Positions 22,127 to 33,241 of a DNA stretch of 64,000 bases are shown one piece after another (position 1 is the stretch's first letter; each line of letters opens with the position of its first letter). Below the pieces are notes generated by a model. It was not told the DNA's origin and made no database searches. It worked only from the letters and a program-made list of their open reading frames with translations. The stretch is taken from assembly GCA_951406725.2 (NCBI GenBank), contig OX597822.1:71982001-72046000 (forward strand). Direction: 5' to 3'. The stretch is from Octopus vulgaris. Lineage: Eukaryota. Made by a program: the position numbers and the translations under genes.

Positions 22127-22299
22127 TTTCACTTGAAATAATAAAACCTGGCTGCTAGTATCCAGGCGAATGTTCGAATTTGCAGAACTATCGAACTCTT
22201 AATGTAAAACCCTTTAGGAAAATAATAATCTAAATGTGATCTAGCAAAATACTTCATGGTGTCTGATTTTTTTGCTTTTCTTTTCAGTAAAATATTACT

Positions 22300-22542
22300 A
22301 TACCGTCGAACTATTAAAACGGTTTCCGTGTTGAGTAAAATGAATGAACGGGAAGTAGGAAACAGCAAACTACTATTGTGGAGATTTGTTGTGCAGAGTG
22401 ATCTCCCTTAATAAAGTTGTTGTCGTTGACGTGGCCGATGGATGCCGCCGCCATATTGGTAATTTACCCAGAACAGTTTCCCATGCAATCCACGTTAATA
22501 TAACTTTGCATTTAGTCATCGGAAGTAGAGAAAGAGACATAG
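22300..22542. promoter_or_regulatory. Putative TM9SF3 core promoter, possibly bidirectional
   Basis: Repeat-free, CpG-containing segment directly upstream of the ATG. YY1-like GCCGCCATATT at 22447-22457; ETS-like CGGAAGT at 22520-22526 and GGAAGT near 22351. Confidence 0.55.
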
Positions 22543-22623
22543 ATGGCTTTAAAGCTTCCTTATTATTTCTTGATCCTTTTTTCTATCTTTCATCACACTG
22601 GATGTGATGAACACAATCATATT
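22543..22623 (+). CDS. TM9SF3: Transmembrane 9 superfamily member 3, coding exon 1 (signal peptide)
   Basis: ATG at 22543 gives MALKLPYYFLILFSIFHHTGCDEHNHI followed by a GTAAGT donor (phase 0). Hydrophobic signal peptide plus DEHxH, as in the TM9SF3 N-terminus (DEHEHTY); joins in frame to exon 2 (Y-D-N). Confidence 0.88.
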
Positions 22624-24453
22624 GTAAGTACAACTTTGACACACAAAAAATAACATCTAGATCATGGGTTATGTCACATAGCAACGTTTTCGTATTTACA
22701 GGAATTTTTCTGATTCTGTTTAACATTTTTTCTTCTATTAATTCATGTTTTACTATTTATTTTGTTATAAATCGTTAAAAAACGTCACAAAACTCATATT
22801 TATCCTGTTTTGTGAGAAACAAAAAATCGTTTGTTATCTTTCTTTACCTTCATATCAGGAAAAAAAGTTCAGTGTACAGTTTAAATGAGGTTGAGGGTTA
22901 AGATGCGATATTTTGTGCCATTTTATTATATTGATATGGAACGGGCATTTTAACATTGCTTCTGAAATAGTGACTCTTGTAGAATACTGCCCACTATCTC
23001 GACCAGAAAGCACCAAAGCTCCATTCTACGACTACGATAGTGTTGTGTGCATTTACGTTCTTGCATAAAAGACATGAAGTATAGACAGGCTTTGATTATT
23101 GCAACGTGTCGATGGTAGTCATAGAGCTCGGATTATCTGTGTTTGTGTATATGAATAATACATGTATATATATGAGGTGTATTAAAGCAGATATTTGTTG
23201 TCAAGTCAATGGTATATTTGTTGTGTTCACACCGCTATACTCTGCAGACTTGCTGACGGATTGTGGCAGCGGGGTGGGCAAGGCCCTTTTACTTAGATAT
23301 GTGTGTTGCTCATTCAATGTACTAGCTCTCTGTTTAGGGAACGTTTTATTCGTATTTTATTTATTGCATAAGAATGTCCGTAACCCTTGTCATCTTTGAC
23401 CATCACTGTTATTTCTTCTCTATCTTATTCATCGCGTATCTAGTTAACCTTTCAATGTATGCATATACAGTATATATATGTATATATATGAAATGCGCAT
23501 ACAAACACTAACCTCTCTGTCTGCTGACATACAGTGTAAGCACAACTGTATAATTATTATTATTATCATCTCCTTGTATACCGTAAGCATGATATATTAC
23601 AAAAGACACCGCCAGAAATACCGAGAAAGGGACGAAAACCCTTCTCAATTAACTTCTTCCCCCATTATATTTCTCTCCAAGCAGTGATTACTAAAATTTA
23701 ACTCGCCTTGTCTTTAAATTATTTATTTACGAATTCACCATATTCTTCCGGTGCTTGTTCGTCTTTTGCCCCATTGATGGGGTTAGGGTGGGAGAGATGA
23801 ACAAGTGCATTTCTCATCTAGGTTTTCCTTCCCTTGTTGCCAAAGAAAAAGAAAAAAAATGAAAATAATTTACTATGGTATTTTTTATTGGGTGGTTGGT
23901 TGAATGCCTGATATTATTTTAAGCTTCGGGTCGACTTTACGTGCCAGACTTTCAAGGGGTCGATAAAATAAGTCTTGTACGCGGTCGATAAATTTGTAGA
24001 TGTGTCAGATATAAGAAAGAAAACATTACTATTATTAGTGCTCGCGGGTGGAGTTACATTGGAAGCAATCCTATTTCCATTACCTGTTGTAGCCATTTCT
24101 CTTTTGTTCCTGAAATAAAACAAAAGGAATTAACATCACATCCTGGTAATAACTCATATCTAAGCAACGTAACTACCATTAGCGTCGATCTTAAGAGAAA
24201 ATAAAATTATTAATAAATCTAATTTTCGGCTAGTCGAGTCCACAATTTGGTTTTGACTCCTCGCTGTAGCTATTTCACTTTATTTGTCCACCCTCTTTTT
24301 AATAAAAAAAATTAGCTTTATTCTTTGTCAGAGAAGCTCAAATAATTTATTTGAAGTTCGTGTTTCGTATAGTTTTCGTTAACAGAAAAAAATGTGGGTG
24401 TGTCTTTTGCTTTGTTACTTAAAAATATAACGTCTTAAGAGCAGTACACATAC

Positions 24454-24539
<86 letters not shown>

Positions 24540-26065
24540 ATGTGTGTGCTAGCTTGTATTTACTCGTGGCATTCTCTGACTTGATAAAATTACATTTTGA
24601 TGGCGTGGAGAGGTCACTAGTTCTATTATCACTTTGTGACAGGTACAAGTTCATTCGTGTGTGCTAGGGTGGTTGTTTGTTAGGTTAGCTTTGAGAAGAA
24701 ACTAGTATCCCTCTATATCCGTTTTAATCCTGGCTTGTAACTTGACAATGCTTTTAATGACAGGTGTAACCTCATCTTCGAGTTTGACCAAGTTTCCTGT
24801 GCACACTCCCATTCAGTGTCTCTGTTGATTCTTATGATTATGAAGATTTTCTAAGTTTTACAAGTTGAATCAGATAATGATTTTTTTATACGATCCACAA
24901 CCGACCCTTTCGTTTTTTTTGCTTTTTAAAAAAAAATATTTAATGTGTGAAAGATAGTGAATATAGTTAGTTGATTGATTGAAGTGAATTATATTACCTG
25001 TTTGTACAAGGACTAATACTACTTGATATTCTAGTATGACAACAATCTTGGTCGTTACTAACACTAACCATACATTTTTTGTTAGAGAGTGTTCGACCTA
25101 CTTTGGAAAATCAGTTTCTCAAGAGCCTGTAAGACTTAACTTAGGTTATTTAAATCTACGCTAATAACATTTTTTCCCTTTTAAATTAGGTTGTTCTAAC
25201 GTTATTGCCATACTTAACTCCTTCATTAAAAAAAATCATATGTAAACACTTTCAATAATTATTTCTGCATGATTTTCCTTTGTTTATTGTATGATATAGA
25301 AAGAAAAAAAAATTATTTCTCTAGTGAATTCCTTCTTTTTTTTTCACGTAAATGACCTTATTTTAGCCCAGTAAGCAGTTACACCAGCTGCTTGGAAGGT
25401 AGATAGGTAGGAAGTTACGCACCACAAACTAAATTTGATTTCACATTTTGTTTTTTCACTACAAAGTTATGTAAAGTAACTCAGGTAATTGTTCTCAACT
25501 TCTGTGTGCTCTATCACCGCCTCCTCCTTAATGTCTGGCATAATTTCTTGTCGTAGGACACAGGATTTATATTATGTAACAAGATGTTTTTGCAGTTATC
25601 AATCAACCTTTTAAAGAAAAACAACCTGTTACAATAGAAACAATGCCCACAAAAATCCACAGCTGAATGAACTCGCTACTAATAAGCAGGATCACCCATT
25701 CGTGACCATCCTGTTATTTTTTTCTTTGTCGCTCAGTATATGATGATAACATAATAAAGTGTATTCCACCCACCTTTTATAAGGCAATAAGGTATGACTT
25801 CTGTGAGATTTGGCTCTTATTTCTTACAGGTCAAGCAACCACATTGAAGTTTCTTGGTCAGCTTAACTTATCCAAGTGCAAATAGATGTTGCAGTTTTAG
25901 ACAGTTCATCTTCTTGAGCCATGCTTAGTGGGTTCAGAACCAATGTTCAGTCGACAATGTCAGTTTGTGGGGCTAAACAGAGCTCCTAACCCTGCCTCCA
26001 TCATTAAGCATTGTAGCAAGCACATCAAACTTAAGAAGAAATAATAAATTTCGATGTATCCTTAA

Positions 26066-26748
26066 TTAACACTTTAGCATTTAATCCAGCCATATCTGGG
26101 TCAAATATTCTTTTCTACTCTAGGCACAAGGCCCAAAATTTTTGGGGAGGCCGGGGAGGGGGGGCGTCGATTAAATCGACCCCAGTATGCAACTGGTGCT
26201 TAATTTATCACTCCAGAAGGATGAAAGGCAAAGTCAACCTTGGTAGAATTTGAACTCAGAGCGTAAAGACAGACAAAATACCTATTTCTTTACTACCCAC
26301 AAGGGGCTAAACACAGAGAGGACAAACAAGGGCAGACAAACGGATTAAGTTGATTATAGCGACCCCGAAAGGATGAAAGGCAAAGTCGGCCTCGGCGGAA
26401 TTTGAACTCAGAACGTAGCGACAGATGAAATACTGCTAAGCATTTTGGCCGGCGCGCTAACGTTTCTGCCAGCTCGCCGCCTTCAAACAGACAAAATACC
26501 ATTAAGCAGTTCGCCTGGCATGCTAACGTTTCTGTCACTTCGCCACCTATCTGGCTCAAATATTCAACCCGTTTTATGTTAAAACTGACCAAATCCCACC
26601 TCTCACACCTACCCTACAATATCATTCTAAAAATGCACTAGCACACTATTCAAATCTCAAAGCTACAAGGCAATGTGTGTTTAATTCAAAACAGCGTGAA
26701 TAAATGACTATTACATTTGATAGAGAAATCTGAATGCTAAAGAGTTAA
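26066..26748. mobile_element. piggyBac-type (TTAA) MITE containing two nested family B SINEs
   Basis: Ends ttaacactttagcatt ... aatgctaaagagttaa. Outer SINE TSD tatctgg[g/c]tcaaatattc (26093-26110 / 26548-26565); inner SINE TSD acagacaaaatacc (26269-26282 / 26487-26500). Confidence 0.8.
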
Positions 26749-26899
26749 ATTTCTTCTTGGTTTTCAGTTATTACTTTTTAACCTTTCAGAAACATTTAAA
26801 GTATTCAAGAATTGTCATTCGTTTGTTTGTGTGACTTAATTTTTTAATTTTTGTTTGCTAGTAAGTTGGACATGACAGAGACAATAGTATGTTTTTATC

Positions 26900-27979
26900 T
26901 TTCACTTGTTTCAGTCATTGGACAGCAGCCATATAGGGGCACTGACTTGGTTGAATAAACTAACCCCAGTACTTGTGCTTCTTTTTTGTTTTTTGTGTGT
27001 TTGATACTTACATAGGTGCAGGAGTGGTTGTGTGGTAAGTAGCTTGCTTACCAACCACATGGTTCCGTGTTCAGTCCCACTGCCTGGCATCTTGGGCAAG
27101 TGTCTTCTGCTATAGCCTTGGGCCAACCAAAACCTTGTGAGTGGATTTGGTAGAAGGAAACTGAAAGAAGCCTGTTGTATATATGTATATATATATGTGT
27201 GTGTACGTTTGTGTCTGTTTGTCCCCCTAGCATTGCTTGACAACCAATGCTGGTGTGTTTATGTCCCTGTCACTTAGTGGTTTGGCAAAAGAGACCGATA
27301 GAATAAGTACTAGGCCTACAAAGAATAAGTCCCGGGGTCGATTTGCTTGACTAAAGGCAGTGCTCCAGCATAGCTGTAGTCAAATGACTGAAGCAAGTTA
27401 AAGAGTAAAGAGTGAGAGAGAGTATTCTAAAAATATCTTTTGCCAAACTAAGTTGTGGGAACATAAACAAACCATTACTGGTCGTCAAGCACTGTAGGGG
27501 TTGGCTGGTTTGTTTATGCCTCTGTAAGCACACACACAGCAGGCTTTTATAGTTTCCATTTAGAAAAATTCTCTCCCAAGCATTGCTTGCTTTAGAACTC
27601 TAGTAGAAGATGCTTGCCTTAGGTGGCATGCAGTGGGACTGAACTTGAAACCACATGGTTACAAAGTGAGCTGCTTACGCACACAGCCATGCCTGCACTT
27701 ATGTAGACTTGGTGGTGTTTAGCTGGAGATCAGCTTTAATAGAACATCCCTGACAAATGCAGGCATTCTTGCTATTCTTGTATTTGTTTCAGTCATGTGA
27801 CTGTGGCCATGCTGGAGTACCGCCTTTAGTCGAACAAATCGACCCCAGGACTTATTCTTTGTAAGCCAAGTACTTATCCTATTGGTCTCTTGTGCCAAGC
27901 CGCTAAGTTACGGGGATGTAAGCACACCAACATTGCTTGTCAAGTAATGGTGGCGGGGACAAACACACACACACACACA

Positions 27980-28021
<42 letters not shown>

Positions 28022-28182
28022 TACATATGATGGGCTTCTTTCAGTTTCTGTCTACCAAATCCACTCACAAGGCTTTGGTTGGCCCAAGGCTATAGCAGTA
28101 GACACCCAATGTGCCACACAGTGGGACTGAACGTGGGACCATGTGGCTGATAAGCAAGCTACTTATCCTACAGCTACTTCTG
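26900..28182. mobile_element. Family A SINE cluster: + copy 27013-27415 nested in an older - copy, then a - copy at 27780-28180
   Basis: Head, body and tail motifs in both orientations. Confidence 0.8.
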
Positions 28183-28228
28183 ATCATCATTTAAAAATTT
28201 TTTGTCATATAAGTGGGTCCCCAGTTTT

Positions 28229-28425
28229 TTAACCTTTTAGCATTCGGATTACTCTATCATACGTAATCCTTGTTCATTCACATTGTAAGATTTCGATGAT
28301 GTGATTAATTAGTTTTAAAATAACATTGTAGGGTAGGTGTAAAAGGCTTCATCTGGTCAGTTTGAACATAAAGCAGATTCAATATTAGGGCCGGATATGG
28401 TCGATTTAAATACTAAAGGGTTTAA
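28229..28425. mobile_element. piggyBac-type TTAA MITE (same family as 26066)
   Basis: ttaaccttttagcattcggattac ... tttaaatactaaagggtttaa. Confidence 0.7.
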
Positions 28426-29034
28426 GACATGAGCTTTGAAGTAAGTTTGGCTACTATTTCTGAGAGGTTCAGTGACTAACTTGAGCTTTCTTTTTTGACA
28501 CTGCATAAACTTTGCAGCTTGTGATATTTAACAATTGTGGATAGATTTACATAAATTCAATACTAGGTATAACCTAGGTCCAGGTTTAAAATAAATTTAA
28601 CCCTCAAGTTGAAGCTGCTCCTTGCTTAGTGTTAGTCTGGCCTGTACCACAGAATTTAGAAAAATTGCACAAACAAGTTGCTCAGATAAAATGTGAGAAA
28701 CTAGTTTTTGTAGTTAATAGTAACATAATAGGTGATTACTCTGCTAAGAAACTCTCAAGGGTGCTGGACAGCAGAAGGTCCTCAGAGAAGAAATCACAGT
28801 CAGGCAAGTGTTTCAGTCCTTACACTGTAAGGGACTTAGGCTGCATCCAGCTCATGACTCCTGGGTATCTTTCTGCTGGCACTTGTTAGCCACTTTGAAT
28901 ATTGGAGACTTGTGCATTTAAACTCCTTGGAGATTTCATCTGGTCTCCATCGACCCCAGCTTTCAAATTGTAGCTGTAAGAAATTTAAAAGAAATTTTCA
29001 CCTTGTCTCTGACAAAGGAACTCTCTTTAGGTTT

Positions 29035-29283
29035 TGCCGGTGGCATGTAAAAAGCACCATCTAATCGTGGCCGTTTGCCAGCCTCTTCTGGCACCTGTGC
29101 AGGTGGCACGTAAAAAGCACCCACTACACTCATGGGGTGGTTGGCGTTAGGAAGGGCATCCAGCTGTAGAAACACTGCCAGATCAGACTGGGCCTGGCGC
29201 AGCCTTCTGGCTTGCCAGACCCCAGTTGAACCGTCCAACCCATGCTAGTATGGAAAACGGACGTTAAACGATGATGATGATGA
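29035..29283 (+). mobile_element. RTE-type 3' tail copy
   Basis: ggcgttaggaagggcatccagctgtagaaac...catgctagtatggaaaacggacgttaaac(gat)n. Confidence 0.85.
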
Positions 29284-30194
29284 TTGTATGAAATTTGTAA
29301 GGTGCTAACTGTGATGGTATAGGACAAGATACATGGCAGTATATCTGAAAAATAGTTGATGTTTTATCTAGGATCATGGTGCTGGTTCATAAGACATTCA
29401 ACTCTGCAGCTTCACAGTTTATAGAATCCTTGACCTTTGCTCTTTTGTTAGTAATTTATTTTTCTTCAAGCCCAAGGGCTTAATAGGTCAGTTACCCGAC
29501 TTCCATGGCTTACAAATGTCTAAGTTCACAACATTCCCTCTTAATGAGATGCCAGTCCATTGCAGGGTTGAAGACCAGTAATTTTTTTCTTTTTCAAGAG
29601 GATGTGGGGTGGGGTGGAGGAAGTCGATTACATCGACCCTAATACTTGACTGGTATTTTAGTTTATTGACCTTGAGGGGGATGAAAGGCAAAGTCGACCT
29701 TGGTAGGATTTGAACTCAGAATGTAAAAAAAACTGGAAGAAATGTCACCAAGCATTTTGTTTGATCTGCTAATGATTCTGCTAGCTCACCACCTTCCCTG
29801 TTTATAATTAGGCTAATCTATTTATAATGATTAAAAGGACTCTGCATATTTGTGCACTGTGGATCATCAGACCCCATTTTAGAAACCTAACATCTTTAAG
29901 CTTAAAGTTATGCAGTTATGGCTTTTTATGCATTAAAAGACATTACAAACAACTAAATGTAAGTTTATGAAGTATTATCGATGATTGCTTTTATTAAAAG
30001 AAGGATATAAAAGCAGTAAATAATTGTAAATACTATAAAAGAAAATAAAAAAACATCTCAGTTTATCAGTTCAAATCTCTAAAGTACGTCAAAGTTAAAA
30101 GTAAAAGATGAAACAAGTACAGTATTGTACTCAGTGGCCATTTTAATCAGTCTTGTTTTCTCTCCAAAATGTGAGTAGCCATGTAGTTCTACTG

Positions 30195-30481
30195 CAATGG
30201 TTCCCAAAGTGGGCGGTATAGTCCCCTCGCCCCCAGGTGGTGGTGGTGGTGGAAAGTTTCGAGGGAGCATTAAAAAAAGTAGGGCAATAACGGGGTAGAG
30301 ATTCATGTAAAAACAACAAAATAATGGGTTCATTAGGTTAAGTTTTTTTTGTGAAATACATTTGCTTTGAATTTGGTTCAGAAAGAGGTGTATGTTTGTG
30401 ATGGTTAGTTGGGGTGGGGGCGCTAGGAATGTGGCCTGGGTATCAAGGGGGCGGCAGTCCGAAAAAGTTTGGGAACCACTG
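30195..30481. mobile_element. hAT (Charlie-like) MITE with 8-bp TSD
   Basis: TIRs CAATGGTTCCCAAA / TTTGGGAACCACTG; TSD TTCTACTG (30187-30194) and TTCTACAG (30482-30489). Confidence 0.85.
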
Positions 30482-31743
30482 TTCTACAGTAAGAACCTCT
30501 TTTGTCCTACTCTGCTTCTATTTTACTTTAACTCCCCTCATAGCCATGAAACCATCCCCATCTTCCTCAGGGCTTGTCATGTTAGCTGCAATGAGGACAT
30601 TGATAGTATTGGTAGCATGAAAAAGAGCATTTAATGCATTCTTTTAAGTGGTTGGCATTAAGAACATCCAGCTGTAGAAACTGTGCCAAAGCAGACACCG
30701 GAGCACAATGCAGTCTAGTCAAATCCTCCAACCCATACCAACCTGGAACAGGGACATTAAATGATGAGGATGATAATTAAAATGCATACCCATTCTTTTT
30801 CTTGATTAACCCTGTCACGCCGTGCCCCTAGTAAAGCAGGAATAGTATAAACGTAATCTCTATTGGATTTCAGTAAAGGTGGTAAAATAAACGAGACGTA
30901 GAAACAGAAGATAAAATACTAAAAATAGACGACTAATTGTGTTCCAGCTTTGTAGTCAAGTGTTTTATGTCTCATTGTTAATGGTGTTTGCTTGTGTTTT
31001 TACTAAAAAAAAAAAAAAAAAGCAAAAACAAAAAAAACATACCTATGTGATGAACTGAGTGTGTAACGAACCTGGCACTTTGTCTGGTAAACGAGCAAGG
31101 CTTAGACTGTTTACAGTTGAAGCAGCTGTTGATGATATTTATTCTTTGGACAGTTAACCCTTACACAGACAATGAGAATGGTTTGGACAAACTAGTGAAA
31201 GGGATAAGGAAAGAAGCAATTTAAGTAAACCAATATGGTTGTTGAGAGAAAGGCCAATTATTGTTATTCTCCTGAATTTTCTTGTGATTCTGTCCATTAG
31301 TTTACCAGAAATTGTCACTCTTGAGCTGCGTGTGCAACTATATATTATTTTGCCTGGGAGCTTGAGGGTTAAAGCATTGTTTGAGTCATCGTTTAGTGTC
31401 CGTTTTCCATGCTGGCATGGCTATGACAGTTTATCAAGGCTAGCCAGCCAAAAGCGGTCTTCAGACTGCAATTGTCTGTTGCTGCATGGTTTCTATGGCT
31501 GGATGCCCTCCCTAATGCCAACCACCTTACAGAGTGTTTTGGGTGCTTCTGAGGTGAATTTGATATGAATGTTTACATTGAAATAAAAATAGTATTGTAT
31601 AAAAAATAGAAAAGTTTATGTGCCTAAAGAACAAAGGTTAAGTCAAACATATAAATACAAAATTTACTAATATTTGTGCTGGGAAATAAAATTACTTTTT
31701 ACCTGATTTTCCTTAAATCTGATTATTTTCTGTAGGTAGGTTC

Positions 31744-32142
31744 AGGTGTGGCTGTGTGGTAAGAAGTTTGCTTCCAAACCCATGATTTTGCATTGAGCCC
31801 CATTTCTTAGCATCTTGGGCAAGTGTCTTTGATGACTAAAGCTTTGTGAGTGGCTTTTGTAGACAGAAATTGAAAGACGCCTTTATGTCTGTGTGTGTTT
31901 ATATGTGTGTCTTAGTGATTTCCTTGTCTTGACATTGCAAGACAATTATGAACAAATCTCACCTTCATACAAGAGTATTCCTTTGTTTCTAGTCTTTTGT
32001 GAAAACCTGTCTGGCCATGGGAACAGGTGAGAATTGGTGAACAAGGAAGGACATCTGGCCATAGAAAAACAAAATATGCGCCTCTATGAATTCTGTCTAA
32101 GTCATGCGAGTATAGAAAAGTGGATGTTAGAAAATGATAATG
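31744..32142 (+). mobile_element. SINE with family A head but RTE-type tail
   Basis: gtggctgtgtggtaagaagtttgctt..cttgggcaagtg head; ends ggaaggacatctggccatagaa..catgcgagtatagaaaagtggatgttagaaaatgataatg. Confidence 0.65.
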
Positions 32143-32695
32143 TGCAACTTGTAGCTATTCAATTGGAAATCTTAACACATTTAGCCAGTGTTGGAGTCTG
32201 TATATTTTTACTGACTCCAGTAATTTAATAATTGTTTCTAATAATTGTATCTGGTTTATGTGAGTTAGAAGTCAAGTGGGAATGATAAGCATTTAGCATT
32301 GTGTGCACTCTGGTTATTGGCGTAAGGTAGCCTCGAGAGATACTGTAGCTCCATGGAAATCACTGAGTGCTATGGAATGAAATGATAATGAATTGTAGCT
32401 AAATCAGAAGTAGGTTAAAGTAATGTAGAGATATGATGATAGTAGTTGGAACTTAATTTAAGCCTACAGTAAAAATATAATTGTACAAACCTGTCCATTG
32501 TACAGTGAAATAAGCAAACCATCACCACTTAACCTCCACTTTTCCATGCTTGCATGGATCAGATGAAATTTATTGAGGTAGATTTTCTATACCTGGATGC
32601 CCTTCCTGCTGCCAACACTTGTTTCTAAGCAAGGTAATATTTTCCCATAGCTAGACATCTTTTTTTTACAATAGACTAAGAATGAACAACCTTAT

Positions 32696-33241
32696 TTAAT
32701 ACATAAAGCACGGTGGGCCACGATCGTGGCCGTCAGGCACAGGTCAACAGGCCATGATCGTGGCCCAGATAGATGCATTTAATTTATAGGTGTTTGTTGG
32801 GGTCTAATATTACTCAAACTTTCCAATACTCCCCAGAATGCAAGAGGACTAATAGTTCAACTAACGACTTTTCAGACGATGTAATGCTTGCCACCATTTT
32901 ACACTAAGAAGATATTTGAACTATTTTTTGTTTTTTATGTGTTCATGGTAGTCTCATTTTCATAAAATGTGCTTAGCAGTCCATGTTATATAAGTGCAAA
33001 TCACAGCGCTTTATGGGTTAACCTGTCAGCATTCAGATTACTCTGTCAAATATAATGCTTATTCATCCTTGTCATTTTAAGTTAATCATGCATTACCTTG
33101 TAGCTTCATGATTTCAATGATGGAATGGTTTATTTTTAGAATGTCATTATGAGGAAATTGTGAGCGGCTTGATCTCACCAGGTTGAACACGAAACAGGAC
33201 ATTTGAGCTGGATGTGGCCAGTTTCAATATTAATGGGTTAA
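32696..33241. mobile_element. Two different piggyBac-type MITEs in tandem sharing one TTAA (33018-33021)
   Basis: First element: ttaatacataaagcacggtg ... cacagcgctttatgggttaa. Second element: ttaacctgtcagcattcag ... atattaatgggttaa. Confidence 0.65.

Noticed and set aside
28600-28960. 86-aa ORF and higher-complexity stretch in intron 1 (also 35856-36143 and 44046-44552)
   Set aside because: No recognisable domain or supported splice sites; cannot be called without a homology search.
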